Positions 12,254 through 26,000 of a DNA stretch of 64,000 nt are shown here, piece after piece. A program made the position numbers and the translations under genes. The DNA is from Octopus sinensis (lineage: Eukaryota). The DNA lies in the NCBI RefSeq assembly GCF_006345805.1, contig NC_043006.1, positions 15,004,001-15,068,000 on the forward strand, written 5' to 3'. How positions within the stretch are numbered: position 1 is the first letter of the stretch; each line of letters starts with the position of its first letter. Below the pieces are notes generated by a model that did not search any database, was not told where the DNA came from, and saw only the letters and a program-made list of their open reading frames with translations.

Positions 12254-15200
12254 ACTTTCCCCACATTTATAAATATAACTACTCCTTACATATCATTATG
12301 TTCATCAAAATTTATTACAAGTATATAAGTATAAATAAGTAAATAAATAAATTCATGAACCTTATAAATTTAAAGCATAAAAATTTAAGGATTAAAACCG
12401 GATATGAAATACGACTAAAAAATACGAATGAAAAAAAATGTGAATAAATCCAGATAAAAATTAAGACTAAAAAATACGAATAAAAATACGAAAAAATTAA
12501 TAAAGTAATATAATAAAAATATAAATAGAATGTAAAAAGTAAAAATTATGAACAAATCGAGGGTTAACTTATATTTTTCAGTTTCCTCCCATCAAAACTA
12601 AAATATTTCTCCATCTTGCCGAAACCGTTCAATCTATTCTTAAAAATTCCGATGTTATATGAGTTGAATTTAATTTATATTAGAAGCTTCATAGAACGTA
12701 TTTATTTGTTTATATACTTACCGTGTATTAAATGGTATACAATGAAATCACCCAATAATTACCATAATACAGTCAGGGGAACCGGAAATAAATGTATTAT
12801 GGGAATAGTCTATTTTTTCCATCATTTCTTTATTCTATCTACCTGTCTCACGTTCGATCATCTATCTTTCCCGATATTCAAGTAGTAAGCTTTTTCTTTA
12901 TGCCCACGATTCAGATATTTCAGGATTCATTAAAATTTCATTTTTTATGTTAATGTAATTATATAGATTCAATATTGTTTAAAAATTATATTTCTACTAT
13001 TATTCTTAAGAATTTAAACTCCGTTTCTGAATTTAAATTTATAAATTTTCGAACTATTTCTCGTGTGACATACGACTAAAAATTTATATAATTAAATTTA
13101 CCATAACTGAAATTATCCACATAATATGTTATATTTTAATGTGGTTATATATTGAATTCTAGTAATGTTAAATAATGGTATATAATAGTAACTTTGATCC
13201 AAAAGATATAACTAAGTTTTAAATTATTAAAATTAATTTTGGTTATTTACTTGAGAACTCAAACTTATTAATTAAGCACTTCAGCTTATGTTTGCATTTA
13301 ATTTTGCTTTCATCTTGACATTCAGCAATGTTGTTTTATCCCATAAAATCTCCATGAATTCGTGAATACACAACAGACAGAACTTATTCACTATTCTATA
13401 TCAATTAGTTTTCCTTATTATCTCCCACTTTAGATAATATTTAATTTCTTTAGATTTTAGGCTCCAAATATATTTACTTAAGCCTGTCGAGTTCATTAAT
13501 TTCTTATTTTTAAATGAGTACAAATGCTGCGCTATCCAATGTTTAATTTTATTCGATGTAGATCCTATGTGTGTCATGTCTGAGTTTACTTCAATATGCC
13601 TATCATTAACTTCGCTTTGGTCATTCCTATCTTCATTTAAAGGAACCACACACTTATATACTACATCCTTTAAGTTACATTTGTTATTAAAATTACAATT
13701 ATTTTTGTCCCTACAATTACAATTTTTTGAGTCACTACCATTATTATTGGGATAATTATTTAATTTATTACAGTAATATTTATTCAACTTATATTTATTT
13801 AGTGATGAAATAATATTACCTACATTATTAGTAGTCGAATATCCTACTCCTATATTATTTTTAGAAAAGATGTATTTTTTGTTTTCGTTAATAAATGATT
13901 CTATTGTTTCAGTGATTTCTTTTAGAATATTATTTTAAACCTGGTCCCATAAGGATCTATCAATCAGGTTCTTTTATTATTTTTATTTATGTTTATATTA
14001 TTATTTCTCGTATTTTTATTTACACTACTGTTGTTATTATCATCTTTATTATTTATAATTGGATCTAATTTTTGCCTATCGTTTAATCTTATATATTTCC
14101 TTATGTTTCTATTTTATTTTTATTCTTCATTCTATTTATATCTTTTATGTTTTTGTATGCTCCTTATATTCTATAGAATTCCGATGTGTTTCTCTATTAT
14201 CATTATCAATTGTTATTAATTTTATTTTTATTTCTATTCCCATCTTCATTTTCATTTACATTTTTATCCATATTAGTATTAACGGGGTCTTTAGTGTTGT
14301 TTTCTTTTGTGTAATTGCTACTATTTGTATTATTATTGTAGAATCTAATCTCGTCCTTGTAGTATGCTTTAGGAAGCTCCCATAATTCGGTGAGAGCATC
14401 GAGATTCTTTTTCCAATATTAGCTATCAGTGTTTTCTTAATAGAAGTGAGGGTGGTTACTGTATGCGTTTATATATTTCAAATTTTCATTCATTTTGTGG
14501 AAAGGTTGTGTTATCCCTGTTGAAGTATTCAAATTGGCATCTAAAAAGTTAACATTATAATGCTCTTTATAAATCGTAGTTCCTAATCCGTATCGTTTGA
14601 AAAATCTATATAATTTCGTTTTATAATTATCAAGAGTCCTTTTTGTACAGTTTTTAGTTACTAATAACAAATCGTCTCTATATCAACACCCTTCTACTTT
14701 TAATTTTTCTAGATTTAACTCTGAAAGTAATAGATCCCTACTAGATCAGTCACCTGTGGTGAGTCCGGCGCCCCCATAGGCACATCGAAGAACTCCCTGG
14801 TATCTTTTCTAGCCCATAATTTATTGTTGTATTTTATTAGCGATTTTCTTGCCTCTTGGATTACCTTACTTTCCTCCATTGTCATTCCTATTTCGTTCTT
14901 AGCATACATTAAAACCATATTAAATACTACCTCGTTTATCGATGCATAATAATTGCAAATATCTATTTGTATAAACTTATATTTATTTATATTTTTAATA
15001 CTTTTATGGACATATGAGTCGGATTTTAGGGTCTGATTTTAGTTATCCTTATGGTCTTTTAATGTTATCCTTGGGTGCATAGGCACATAGGGTTCCTTTT
15101 TATTATCTAATTCGTAATTCGCCATTATTTCTTTATATCTTTTATTTATTTTCTCTAGAGTATTAGTATGAGCAATTTTATATTTTTTATTGATTTCTTT

Positions 15201-15935
15201 TTCTCGTAATCCATCATATGTTTCTATATCTAATTTATATAAATTCTTAGTTTTATCAGATTGTACAAAAATTCCTTCGGTACTTCTCATTTTTAAATTT
15301 TAGTAGGTAAGTTTTTATTATGCCTATTAGGGTATTTATAATATTCTATATTTTTTACTACTTTCCAAATATTATCTTCCAAATTTTGCAGTTCTTTATT
15401 ATACAGTGGTTCTTTTCTGGATTTAAATTTAGTACTAATAAAATTAAAATTGTTATTCTCTGTATTATTTATATTTGCAGTATTAATATTATTATAGCAG
15501 TATGCTTTCCCTTTTTAACCTATTTATAAATTTTTTAAATATTATTTATCAATTTAATCTTAAATTCTCTTTTTGGTGGAATAGGTACGTCCTTCAGTGA
15601 TAAATTCCATTCTAGGGGTCTTTCCTGTGTACACCATAACCAACTTAATTGTTAATTCGAAACTAGCTAATTAACATTAAGTTATTATATTACTATATTG
15701 TATTATTATGATAATTAAGGAAGATCAATTCCAGTGCCACAGGAATGAGACATTCAAATTAAAAATATTAAATTGAATTACTCTCAATAATTAATTCATA
15801 TATATCAAAATAGTGTTACAGATAGAAACACCCACAACTTCATCAACTCCGAACGGTATTAACTTAACCAAACCATAAAATATTAAATATTATACCTACT
15901 ATTTATATTCATAATCCCCAAATTTTCCATATTAC

Positions 15936-16033
15936 GGGCAACACGTGTTTCATGAGGGTACATATGGTATTATTAAGACACAAAGTTTCATTCAAAAACT
16001 CATTATGTTTACGCACTCCCAATCGTCAGGTCT
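15936..16033 (-). ncRNA. Degenerate hammerhead motif in the 5' pLTR
   Basis: Minus strand: CTGACGA, stem II TTGGGAGT/ACCCTCAT (partial), GAAA, palindromic ACACGTGT, H=T; stem I has a mismatch. Confidence 0.5.
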
Positions 16034-17111
16034 ACTTTCCCCACATTTATAAATACTCCTATATATCACTATGTTTGTCAAAATTAATATTTTTCCATCT
16101 TGCCAAAACCGTTCAATCTATTCTTAAAAATTCCGATGTTATTTGAGTTAAATCTAATTTATATTAGAAGGTTCATAGAACGTATTTCTTTCTTTATATG
16201 CTTGCCGTTTATTAATGGTATACAATAATTTGTTCATAATTTCTACTTTTTGCATTCTATTTTTATTTTTATTATATTACTTTATTAATTTTTTCGTATT
16301 TTTATTCGTATTCACATTACAATGTAGATGCTATTGTTTCACTTTTGACACGTAATACCGAAACAATTTAAGAGATTGTTACGGGATCGTATTAGGCAAG
16401 ATAGGCACGTGTGTAGGTATGTTTATATGGAATACCTAATTATTTAACTTCTCTACTCCCATAATTTAATTACTGGTCAATTGTTTTTACATATCACCGA
16501 TCTATTCATTTTTTTACATATCACCATTATTCATATTTTTGCATGGGTGTGTCTGCATTATCATTATTGGTATTTATATTAATTTATGACTATAACAATT
16601 TTTTAATTACTGTATCTATTTTTATTAATGTATATATTTTAAACTTTAATGGTACACTATATTCTTCCTTTTTAATGTTTTTATTATGTTTTAAATATAA
16701 ATTTCTTCCTACGTCCTTCCCTGAAGATATTCTTACTTGTCGTAATTAACTAGATCGATTTGGTTAAATTAAATTAAATTTGGTTGATTTTATGCTGCGA
16801 GTGATTAATTGAAACAATTGTAGGGTCTGGTCTTGTCAATGTATTAATAAACTTATATTAATCTTACCGCTATCTTCTCTCTTGGTTTTCATAATATTAA
16901 TAATATATATGTGCCTATATTGTTGAGTATTCAACCAGTTTAATCTTAAGATGCTTTTTATCTCTCCGAGGTTTATATTCTCACCCGTACTTTGATATAT
17001 ATATATATATATATATTTATAAACACTTATACATATATATGTATCTATAAACACTTATACATCGTAAGCAGACTAAAGAATAAGCATAGATCAAAATAGA
17101 TAAAATAGATA

Positions 17112-17680
17112 TAAATACACTCAGTCTGCTGGGAAGGACTCGACATACGGATAGTGCACGCCGGCCCTTCCCTACGAAAAGCTCTATCTAAGAACAACAG
17201 CCGTCACTACTCTCAGGAGTGCACATTGTCGAACTGTCCCATCAATGACTCTGAATTGTGCCAGAGGACCTATGTTGTATATGAGATCACCTGTGGAAAA
17301 TGTGAAGCATCCTACATCGGAAGCACGACAAGAAAACTGCATGTACGCATTAAGGAGCACATGCAGCCAGAAACTTCCGTGAAGAAACATCTACGGAAAT
17401 GCCAGACTCGGGAGTTCACAGTGCACATCAAGACAACACAGCGGAACAGGGGCGACCTTAGAATCGCCTGAGGCTATACTCATACATCAAAAGAAAGCCA
17501 AGATCAATAATACAAATGAACTACAGGAAGCTAGCTGGTTGCTATAGCAACACCCTTCTGCGCATGTCCACTCCACACACGCTCACACACGCGCACATCG
17601 GCAACATTCGTCAATTTCTTGAGGATGGGGTCATAAACCCGAAATATTGAATACAAGGTAAGTCTACATTAATTCACATA
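17112..17680 (+). pseudogene. Penelope-like 3' fragment (GIY-YIG endonuclease), a second subfamily
   Basis: C..SNCP..C..TYVVYEITCGKCEASYIGSTTRKLHVRIKEH is a GIY-YIG signature; a degenerate hammerhead follows at 17612-17652. Confidence 0.9.
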
Positions 17681-18154
17681 ATTGTTTTCTTGTGATTTTC
17701 CTTGCATTTACTTTGCATTGTTTTGGCCTTACCCACGACGTTTTATACAATAAATATATAAAACGAAGAAAGAATATAAAAGAAAATAAGATAAAACCAG
17801 TTTTTGTTTTCTTTTTCCTTCTCCTTTCTGTTACATGTATATACGCATATATACATATATACACATGCATGTATGTATATACATACATATACGCATATGA
17901 AGTCACACACACAAACGCACATGCTAACTACCTGATAAAATCCTATTCAAATTTTATCCTTGATTATAATGATAAATGTGAATTCTCATAAACCATATTT
18001 ATTCACTGCTGAATTATTTTGGTTATTCACAGGTGGCTGAGATGAACGAACTAGATTTAGCTTGTATATAAGTGTGAACATTTGTATATACACTGTAGAT
18101 ACATTGTGTTCGTATGACATGTATAAATATTTATAATTATGTGCTTTCATTTAT

Positions 18155-18213
18155 GTCATACTGAGGACGGTAAAGTGATATTTACATTCCTAAACCCGAA
18201 ATCGATTTATGGC
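18155..18213 (+). ncRNA. Minimal type-I hammerhead ribozyme motif
   Basis: Stem I GTCATA/TATGGC (6 pairs, one G-U); CTGAGGA 18161-18167; stem II GGT/ACC; GAAA 18198-18201; palindromic stem III AATCGATT; cleavage predicted after 18207. Confidence 0.7.
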
Positions 18214-18450
18214 TAAACTTTAAAAAAAAATCTTTTTTGTTTATTCCCTCGCTTTTAGCCCATATCTGTGTGATAAATAAGGTAGTTTTAGAGTCATTTG
18301 GCGTCTTCTTTTAGCATGTGGCATTATAATTTTGTAATTATATTTATAAAATTAAATACTTGGTATCAAGTTTTACCTAAGTGGTTTTTTACATGTTAAC
18401 TGCCGGATAAAATCCTATATAGATTTTATCCTTGATTATAACAGTATATA

Positions 18451-19608
18451 TCAGGTCATCCCATAAGTTCTGTCCGATTTTACCTTTTTTAAAACTGAAT
18501 GAAATTTAATAGTATTTTAGAATGTCTAATGGAATTAATAAATTATTTTTATGTATTTGTGTACATTCAAACTAATTAAATATTATTTTACAGAATAATA
18601 GAATTAAAATTTCTTTGATTAAAACCCTTTCTAACACGGAAGTATCCAAAGAGCATTTGAGGCACTTAATGCTTTATGAGTTCAAAAAAGGAAACTCTGC
18701 AGCCGAAGCGACTCGAAACGTACAGTCAGTTTATGGGAAAGAATGCTTGAATGAAAGAACTTGCAGAAGATGGTTTGCAAAATTCAGAAGTGGAGATTTC
18801 AGCCTTGAAGATGAAGATCGAACATGACGTCCAGTTGAGTTTGATGATAAGCTCCTTGAGGGATTACTTGAAGAAAATCCTGCATTATCAGTTGAAGAAT
18901 TAGCAATAAAGCTTAATTCAAACCATCCAACTGTTCATCGTCATCTTCAACAACTTGGTTCCTAAACTTGGAAAATGTGTGCCTCATGAATTGTCCGAAA
19001 GCAATCGCAAATTTCGAGTTGACATCTGCTATTCTCTCCATTCTCGCGAACTCATTTCACCCTTTTTGGATAGACTTGTGACTTTTGACGAAAAATGGAT
19101 CTTCTATCGAAATGTTAAACGTCGTAAACAGTGGCTTGGTAAAAGGGGAAAAACTCAACCACAACCGAGAAGGGAACTTCATGGGAAAAATGTTCTTCTC
19201 TCTACCTGGTGGAACTGGAAAGGAGTAATTCATTTTGAATTGTTATCACCTAATGCAACAATCAATGCTCAAGTCTACTGTCAGCAATTAGAGCGTTTGA
19301 ACCAAGCTTTGAAGAAAAAAAGACCCGTTTTAGTGAATCAAAAAGGAGTGATATTTCATCAGGGCGATGCGCGATCCCACATTGCAAAGATCACATCACA
19401 GAAGATGGAAGAGCTTGGATGGGAAAAAATTCCTCATCCACCTTATTCTCCCGACGTTGCTCCATCAGACTACCATTTGTTTCGTAATTTACAGATTCAT
19501 TTGGAGGACATAACTTTTGCAAGCCAAGAGGAGGTCGAAGCTGACATTTCAGAGTTCTTCGCTTTGAAACCTAAAGAGTTTTACATTGATGGGATTAAAA
19601 AGCTTTAG
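18451..19608 (+). mobile_element. Mariner (DD34D) transposon, 3'-truncated; transposase pseudogene with one stop and one frameshift
   Basis: 5' TIR TCAGGTCATCCCATAAGTT after TA; HTH region (LRHLMLYEFKKG..RWFAKFRSGDFSLED), VPHEL, TFDEKW, HPPYSPDVAPSDYHLF. The 3' TIR is replaced by RTE sequence. Confidence 0.95.
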
Positions 19609-21295
19609 AACGTTTAAATAGTTTCGTAGTTCCAAATATGGTGTCTGAGTCTCAATGTAGCTTTCGCTCCTCCAGGGACACAGCTGATTGTATCAGACAA
19701 TTTCAGGAAAAGTGCATTGAACAGAATCTTGCCCTACATCATTGTTAGTTGATTTGAGCAAAGCATTCGATGCTGTTAATCGAAATGCTCTGTAGCTAAT
19801 TCTAAGGAAAATAGGTTGCCCAGAAAAATTTGTAAACATGATCAAGGCTTTGGACAAGATATGAAAGCTAGAGTTAATTTTCGTGGTAGGCTCTCTGAAT
19901 CTTTTGCCTTGGAAAATAGAGTAAAGCAAGCAGACCTTGATGCACCCACTCTCTTTCCAATATACTTAGCTGTTGCGTTGCCACATGCTTTTCAAAACTC
20001 CGAGGGGGTATTTACATAAAATACCGAACAACAGGGAATGTTTTTTATCTGACCAGGTTGAATTTCTAAACGAATGTTTTTACTTCACTGATTAGGGAAC
20101 TTTTATACGCTGACGACTGCGATCTAGTCAGTCATTCTGAAACATGTTTGCAATCTCTTGTATCTGCATTCGACTCAACTTGTAATGGTTTTGGCTCGAC
20201 CATCAACTTGAAAAAACAGTTGTAATATATCAACCTGCATGTGGTGTTGTTTGCAACCCCGTTAAAATTTTTGCCAAGGATAAGGTACTTGAGGTTGTTG
20301 ATTCTTTCATCTACCTTGGAAGCCCTGTATAAAATGATGGAAATCTGGGCACAGAAATACATCCGCGAATTCAAAGGACAGTACAAGCATTTGGTGGTTT
20401 GGAATCACGTGTTTGGCACCAACGACATATAAATAACAACACAAAATTTGTTCTTTACAAATCAGTTGTCTTACTATCTTTGTTGTATTCTTCTGAAACA
20501 TGGACATGTTATGAAAGGCATTTGAAATTGAGAGAAGAATTCCACCAAAAATACCTTCATCGCATTTTAAACATCAAATGGAGTTCCTTTACTCCAAACA
20601 CATATGTCTTGCGTCTATAGGCATCAATTCAATTAAAGCATTGATTCTGCAAAACCAATTGAGAATATGTGGCCATAATGTTCGAATGGCGGATGAAAGC
20701 ATACCTAAACAGTTGTTTTATAGTGAGCTTGCAGAGGGAAAACGCTAGCAGTGTTAACCTAAAATGAGGTTTGACGACGGCATAAGTATACCATGAAGTC
20801 ATTGGAATGGATCCAGATGGATCCCGTGGAAATAGAAACCCTTGCTTCGGATCGAGCTGGATGGCGAACGAAAGTGTGGAGTGGACTAAAGCTTTTGAAG
20901 AAGCTAGGATAATGCATGTAAGACTCAAGAGAGATTTAAAGAGGAATGTTACGATCCATGTAACAGACCATGCCTTTCTTTTGCAGGTCTCAAATCTCAT
21001 TTGCGGTCCCATGGAAAACGAACCTCCACCAACTATTCTGCCTATATATCTGTGCACACCTTTCAATGCCGTGTATGCCATAAGGTCTGCAGATTTAACG
21101 GAGGTCTCAAAAGACATTTTAAGATCCACAAAGATTAGAATTTAACTGCAGCTCTTTAGTGGTCCAAATCGGATATGCAATCTATGTGGGTGTCTTTTCA
21201 AAACTTTGGCTTAAAAAGCCACATCAGACGCCATGAAGGATCTCAGGTGTAGGTACTGGAGGTGGTCAGACTCTGCATAAGGAATAGGCAACCAC
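19609..21295 (+). pseudogene. Degenerate 5'-truncated RTE LINE (RT to 3' end)
   Basis: Frameshifted motifs SESQCSFR, QEKCIEQN, DLSKAFDAVNR, GVKQ..LAPTLF, YADDC, SLLYSSETW, RIPKQLFYSEL. Confidence 0.88.
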
Positions 21296-21439
21296 CATAT
21301 ATATGTGTGTGTATGTGTGTGTGGATTTTAGAGAGAAAGGGACAGCAAAAACCAAGGCAGGACAGGTATCTTTAGTTATTTAGCATATTTAATTAGCGTA
21401 AGGTGAATTTGAAGTCTTACAGCTGACTCTGGGATATCG

Positions 21440-22724
21440 CGAGTGGTAGGTTAGCATGTCCGTACACTGGGTATTCCTTCATCAGAGACAAGGTGAGTAT
21501 GTATGAAAGTCGGTTGGATGACTCCGAACTGAAGAGACTGCATGCTATGCATCACTTGGGTGTGGATAGGACCCTGTATCTAGCGAAGAAAATTGATGCT
21601 GACGTTACTAGGAGAAGCATCCGGAAAGTGGTTGGGAGCTGCGACAGGTGTCAGTCCATTCACCCTCCTCCGTGTGGGCATGAGCAAGGAAACCTTTTGG
21701 TGGAGCACAACTAGAAAAGGCTAGCTGTGGATGTGACGCACTACCGTCAGGGAATGTATCGCTCTATGGTCGACTGCGGACTGGCTGGCCATTTGCAGGG
21801 AGTTGAGAACGGGCATTGCTGACAAGATTGCGCAGATTTTGAACGGGATATTTTTAGAGAGGAGTCCCATGGAAGAACTGCTAATGGACAACGGGGCGGC
21901 ATTTCGTTCGAAAGCATTGAGGGATATGCTCGACCGGTGGAAAGTGCGTCGCTTGTTCAGAGCAGCGTATAGGCCGAGCGGAATTGTAGGGAAGCACCAT
22001 CGGACGGTCAAGGCCATAGCGGAAAGAGGGCACATTTTGCCGCTGGAAGCAGTTTTTTGGTACAACATGTCTCCCCGATCCGGACAAGCTGAAGTATCTG
22101 TGCTGCACAGAGCGGTATTTGAATGTGAATGGAGGCATCCAAGTAAAGCTCCGGAGGGCCACGAGAAAGAGAAGGGACCCGCTTGCGTGAAAATAGGGGA
22201 GGAAGTCTGGGTTAAGCCACCGAAGGCGCGCTGTACATTTCAATGGAGCAGAGGAACGGTGACGGCGGCCAACTCCAGAAACAACGTCTCTGTGGATGGA
22301 ATGCCGCGACATGTCTTGGACCTTCGCAGGATTATCGCTTCTTCGGATGACGATTGTGGAGAGGAGGAGAACGAGGTGCCTAGCCTGAGAAAATCTCGAC
22401 GCGCAAAGCGCCCTTCCGGTTCGATGGTGGACCTCGACGTGGAGTAAAGAGAAGGTGGTCTTTAAGATCAGGGTGGCGTGTGGGATGACGACAGCAGCTG
22501 GGGAGCTGACCGGAACTTGGGGCTGACTGGAAGAGGAAAGGGTAGGAGTGACGCGCGCGCAGGAAGGGGGAGGATTGGGCCTTTCGATTGGGGCAGCCGA
22601 CAGAGCTGGACATGTGAGCGCTTTATCAAGGTAGGGAAAACCAGCTGCTATTTCTAGCGTTCGGCTCTGGAGAGGTCTGTGTCGACGAAGAGAAGGTAGG
22701 TGTCCTTATTTCAAATCTCCTGCA
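21440..22724 (+). mobile_element. Gypsy-type LTR retrotransposon 3' portion: integrase, PPT and putative 3' LTR (22479-22724)
   Basis: H..HHLGVDRT..C..C zinc finger; LAVDVTH; MDNGAAFRS..FRAAYRPS; GPY/F-like VWVKPP. A purine-rich tract precedes a TG...CA segment. Confidence 0.85.
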
Positions 22725-23616
22725 TACACCACATTCCCTACTATTCCAGCTATCAAAACCACCAAGTTTGGATAGGAGAGAATTGAGTAACACATTTGAT
22801 CCCTTGTATTATAAGCACTAGGCCTGTAATTCTTGGGGTAGCGGGGTGATCGATTACATCGACCCCAATATCCAACTAGCATTTATCGATTTTGAAAGGA
22901 TGGAATGCAAGTTCGACCTCGGCGGAATTTGAAATCGGAACGTAAAGAGCAAGAAGAAATGATGTTAGGCATTTTGTCCGGCACAATAACGTTTCTGCCA
23001 GCTTACCGCTTTTGTAATACCTATGATCGAAGTGCGCGCGGCCTTAATTTAAACCCGGACCCTTTCCTTTCAAACTTGAAAATTTTATTAAACAAAAAAC
23101 TGGTTTAATATAAGACTAAAATTTTGAAATAAATTAGTCATTAACAGAGGTTAAGTTCGTCGGGACAAGGCTGATATGTAATGGTTTATTCGAAGAGTTG
23201 TCTAAAGAATACTTTCTCGACGTAACCAGAAAATGGACAGTGGCCATGATACTATTCAGGACCTAAGTTACATGGCAGAAGGGATGATATTTGACACGAA
23301 TATTTATGATTGAAATAGTCGCCAATTTGACACGTTATAATCTAAACATTATATATTTGTGTTTTTATCGTGACAAATAGAATAAAGATATTTTTTTGTT
23401 TATTCAAAACGAAAGACTTCAATTTAAGACACGTCCAGAAATGTTATAAACAGCTGTGGATTTCTCAAGACGACGAGGAACTTGGGCAGTTCAGAAAGCG
23501 ATTCGGCTCAATTCATTGCTGTTACATTCCATGTAGTGCTCGATGTGAAAAGATGACACCCTCTGCTAAAAAAACTTGTCCTACTCATTGTTTTGTTTAG
23601 TATATAGCTCCCACCA

Positions 23617-23845
23617 GGCGGCGAGCTGGCAGAAACGTTAGCACGCCGGGCGAAATGCTTAGCGGTATTTCGTCCGTCTTTACGTTCCGGGTTCAAATTC
23701 CGCCGAGGTCGACTTTACCTTTCATCCTTTCAGGGTCGATAAATTTAGTACGAGTTACGCACTGGGGTCGATGTAATCGACTTAATCCGTTTGTCTGTCC
23801 TTGTTTGTCCTCTCTGTGTTTAGCCCCTCGTGGGTAGTAAAGAAA
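23617..23845 (+). mobile_element. Family-2 SINE with 16-bp TSD
   Basis: TATATAGCTCCCACCA at 23601-23616 and 23846-23861. Confidence 0.93.
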
Positions 23846-24215
23846 TATATAGCTCCCACCACCACACACACACACATACACACGGTGCACGCGTGTATGT
23901 GTGCGTGTGTGTAATGTAAGTTTTTATGCTGATGGTTTGGCAACGTTGGAGTTGTCAAATGTATCACTTGATGGGATGTATGATAGATGTCAGGTCACCA
24001 AGAATGTAAGTTATAAGTTGACTATTTTCGAAGTCCAAAAATAGTAGCAGAAATGGCGTTTGTTTGGTGCTACTTTGGCGTGTGATCTACAATTTAAAGT
24101 CAGGTTACTTTAGGTTATTTTTTAGTTTATTTTTCAATTTGTAAATTTTTTTGATAAATTCTTTTGTACATACTTGGCATTGTAAATATATTAAAAAAAA
24201 ATTCTTGTTATTTAA

Positions 24216-24609
24216 TCTTTATATATAAAAGTAAGGTTGTGTGTCTGCCTCCTACGATTTAGATTCCTAACTACTCCCACATTTTGCGGTGCAGTTTAAC
24301 CAAAACCGGGTATCTTATAGTCGTGATTCATATCGAGCCCTTCTGGGTATTAGCGCGCGTCTACGATGAGTCTACGATTTTAAAAATAATTTACCATAAT
24401 TTTTTTCCATTTTAATGCATTTGTTTCGCTATTATATAAGGGAAGTAACTCTCTAAAAATGTCTACGATGAGTCAACGATTTAAAAAAAAAATTACCATA
24501 ATTTTTTTTCCATTTTTAATGCCTTTTTTTGCTATTTTTTGGCTATAACTCTCTAAAAGTTATAGTTATTTCCCTTACAAACCCGAGCAACGCCGGGCGA
24601 TACTGCTAG
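24216..24609 (+). mobile_element. Non-autonomous Helitron
   Basis: Starts A|TC, ends CTAG|T; subterminal hairpin CCCG-AGCAACGC-CGGG at 24582-24597; internal tandem duplication of about 105 bp. Confidence 0.88.
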
Positions 24610-24796
24610 TTTATATTAAAACCATGTTTCATTTGTGTCTTAGTAAATGATAATAAGAAACCAAAAATAAATCTATATATATAAAGCTGAAGTTGTCTGT
24701 GTGTGGCAGGTTTGGTAGCCTTCAACTAACACTATTTCATCCTCCTCCTCCTCCTCCTCCTCCTTCTTCTTCTTCTTCTTCTTCTTCTTCTTCTTC

Positions 24797-24833
<37 letters not shown>

Positions 24834-25204
24834 TACCTTCTTTTTTTTCCATGTCTTTGCCTACTCAGCCCTTATCCCGACTCAGTGCACGTCGGATGTT
24901 TCATCCTGTGCACTGTGCTCTTGTTTCCAGACGCAACTCACGGCTATAAGACCCTCAGGTTGGTTACAATTAACATAGACAAACTTTATACTGTCTCTCA
25001 ATGCATCAGTATAGCGCACCTTGTCTTGCTTACCCACAGCAAGTGTACACGACTCCAGCGCCAGACTCATTTCACCTCTACACTTCTTGTAAGGCACTTA
25101 ACACAGCATGCGCAATTCTACGTGAAATTATATCATGAACTGAGAATGGACGCTCTCGCCTCAGCTCCTTTCAATGAGCGGTCTGCAGTTGTACATCTAT
25201 CGAG

Positions 25205-25546
25205 ATCGGGACCCCCTTCGGTCACGACACTGACCATGGGATTGCACCTAGAAAGTTACCCTCCTAATCGCAAGTCTGGGCAAAGTGGTTTATGGAAGGC
25301 CAGCAGTCGCCCATGCATACCGGCCTCCCCTCTCCACGCCACCAGTGTTATCCAAGGGAAAGGCAAAGGGGCCGATACAGCTTGGCACCAGTGAGGTCGC
25401 AACTCATTTCTACAGCTGAGTGAACTGGAGCAACGTGAAATAAAGTGTCTTGCTCAAGAACACAACACGCAGCCCGGTCAGGGATTCGAACTCACAACCT
25501 CACGATCGTAAGCTCGACGCTCTAACCACTGAGCCACGCGCCATCT
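25205..25546 (-). mobile_element. tRNA-derived SINE, family 4
   Basis: Minus-strand head GGCGCGTGGCTCAGTGGTTAGAGCG...GAGTTCGAATCCC with clear A and B boxes, followed by a GTTCTTGAGCAAGACACTT core-like segment. The 3' boundary is approximate. Confidence 0.85.
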
Positions 25547-26000
25547 ATACGCAACTCATTACTGAATCATGCGTACGCTCACATAACGCTACCCCAAAAT
25601 CAAAGCACAAATTGCACAATATGCATTCAAAGCTTCATTGAGCTATTCGGACTCACTCGAATAGATATTTGTCCTACATACATCACCTCAGATTTTTTCT
25701 CCTGATATCCATGATTTTTCTTGGCCTTGCATCACACCAATCTTTATCTTTACTCGTTTCAATAACAATTTTGAACGTTTTGCAGTTTTCATAGTGCACT
25801 TTCCAGCAATTTTCCCCAATTATGATTTTTTCGTCTTCGGCAAATTATTTGTGTGGAAAAGTGATATAGCAACCAGCTACAGTATAGCTAAGAAGATTCG
25901 AAACCGAATCCGCATTTTAACTAACTGTCTTTTATTTTCCAGACATTGGTTTTTCTCCTCGTTGCACTTAGAGATTTATGTGAATGAATTGACCCCTGAA

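Larger units (their letters stand above)
12010..16310 (-). mobile_element. Near-full-length degenerate Penelope-like element with direct pLTR repeats
   Basis: RT motifs (SDKTKNLY; ITLKDHKDN; FDVPMGAPDSPQVTDLVG; NFLDANL) and GIY-YIG region (CNCRDK..C..KDVVYKC..HIGST) between 13.1 and 15.7 kb. 12010-12745 and 15800-16230 are direct repeats, the first with an internal insert. Confidence 0.88.
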
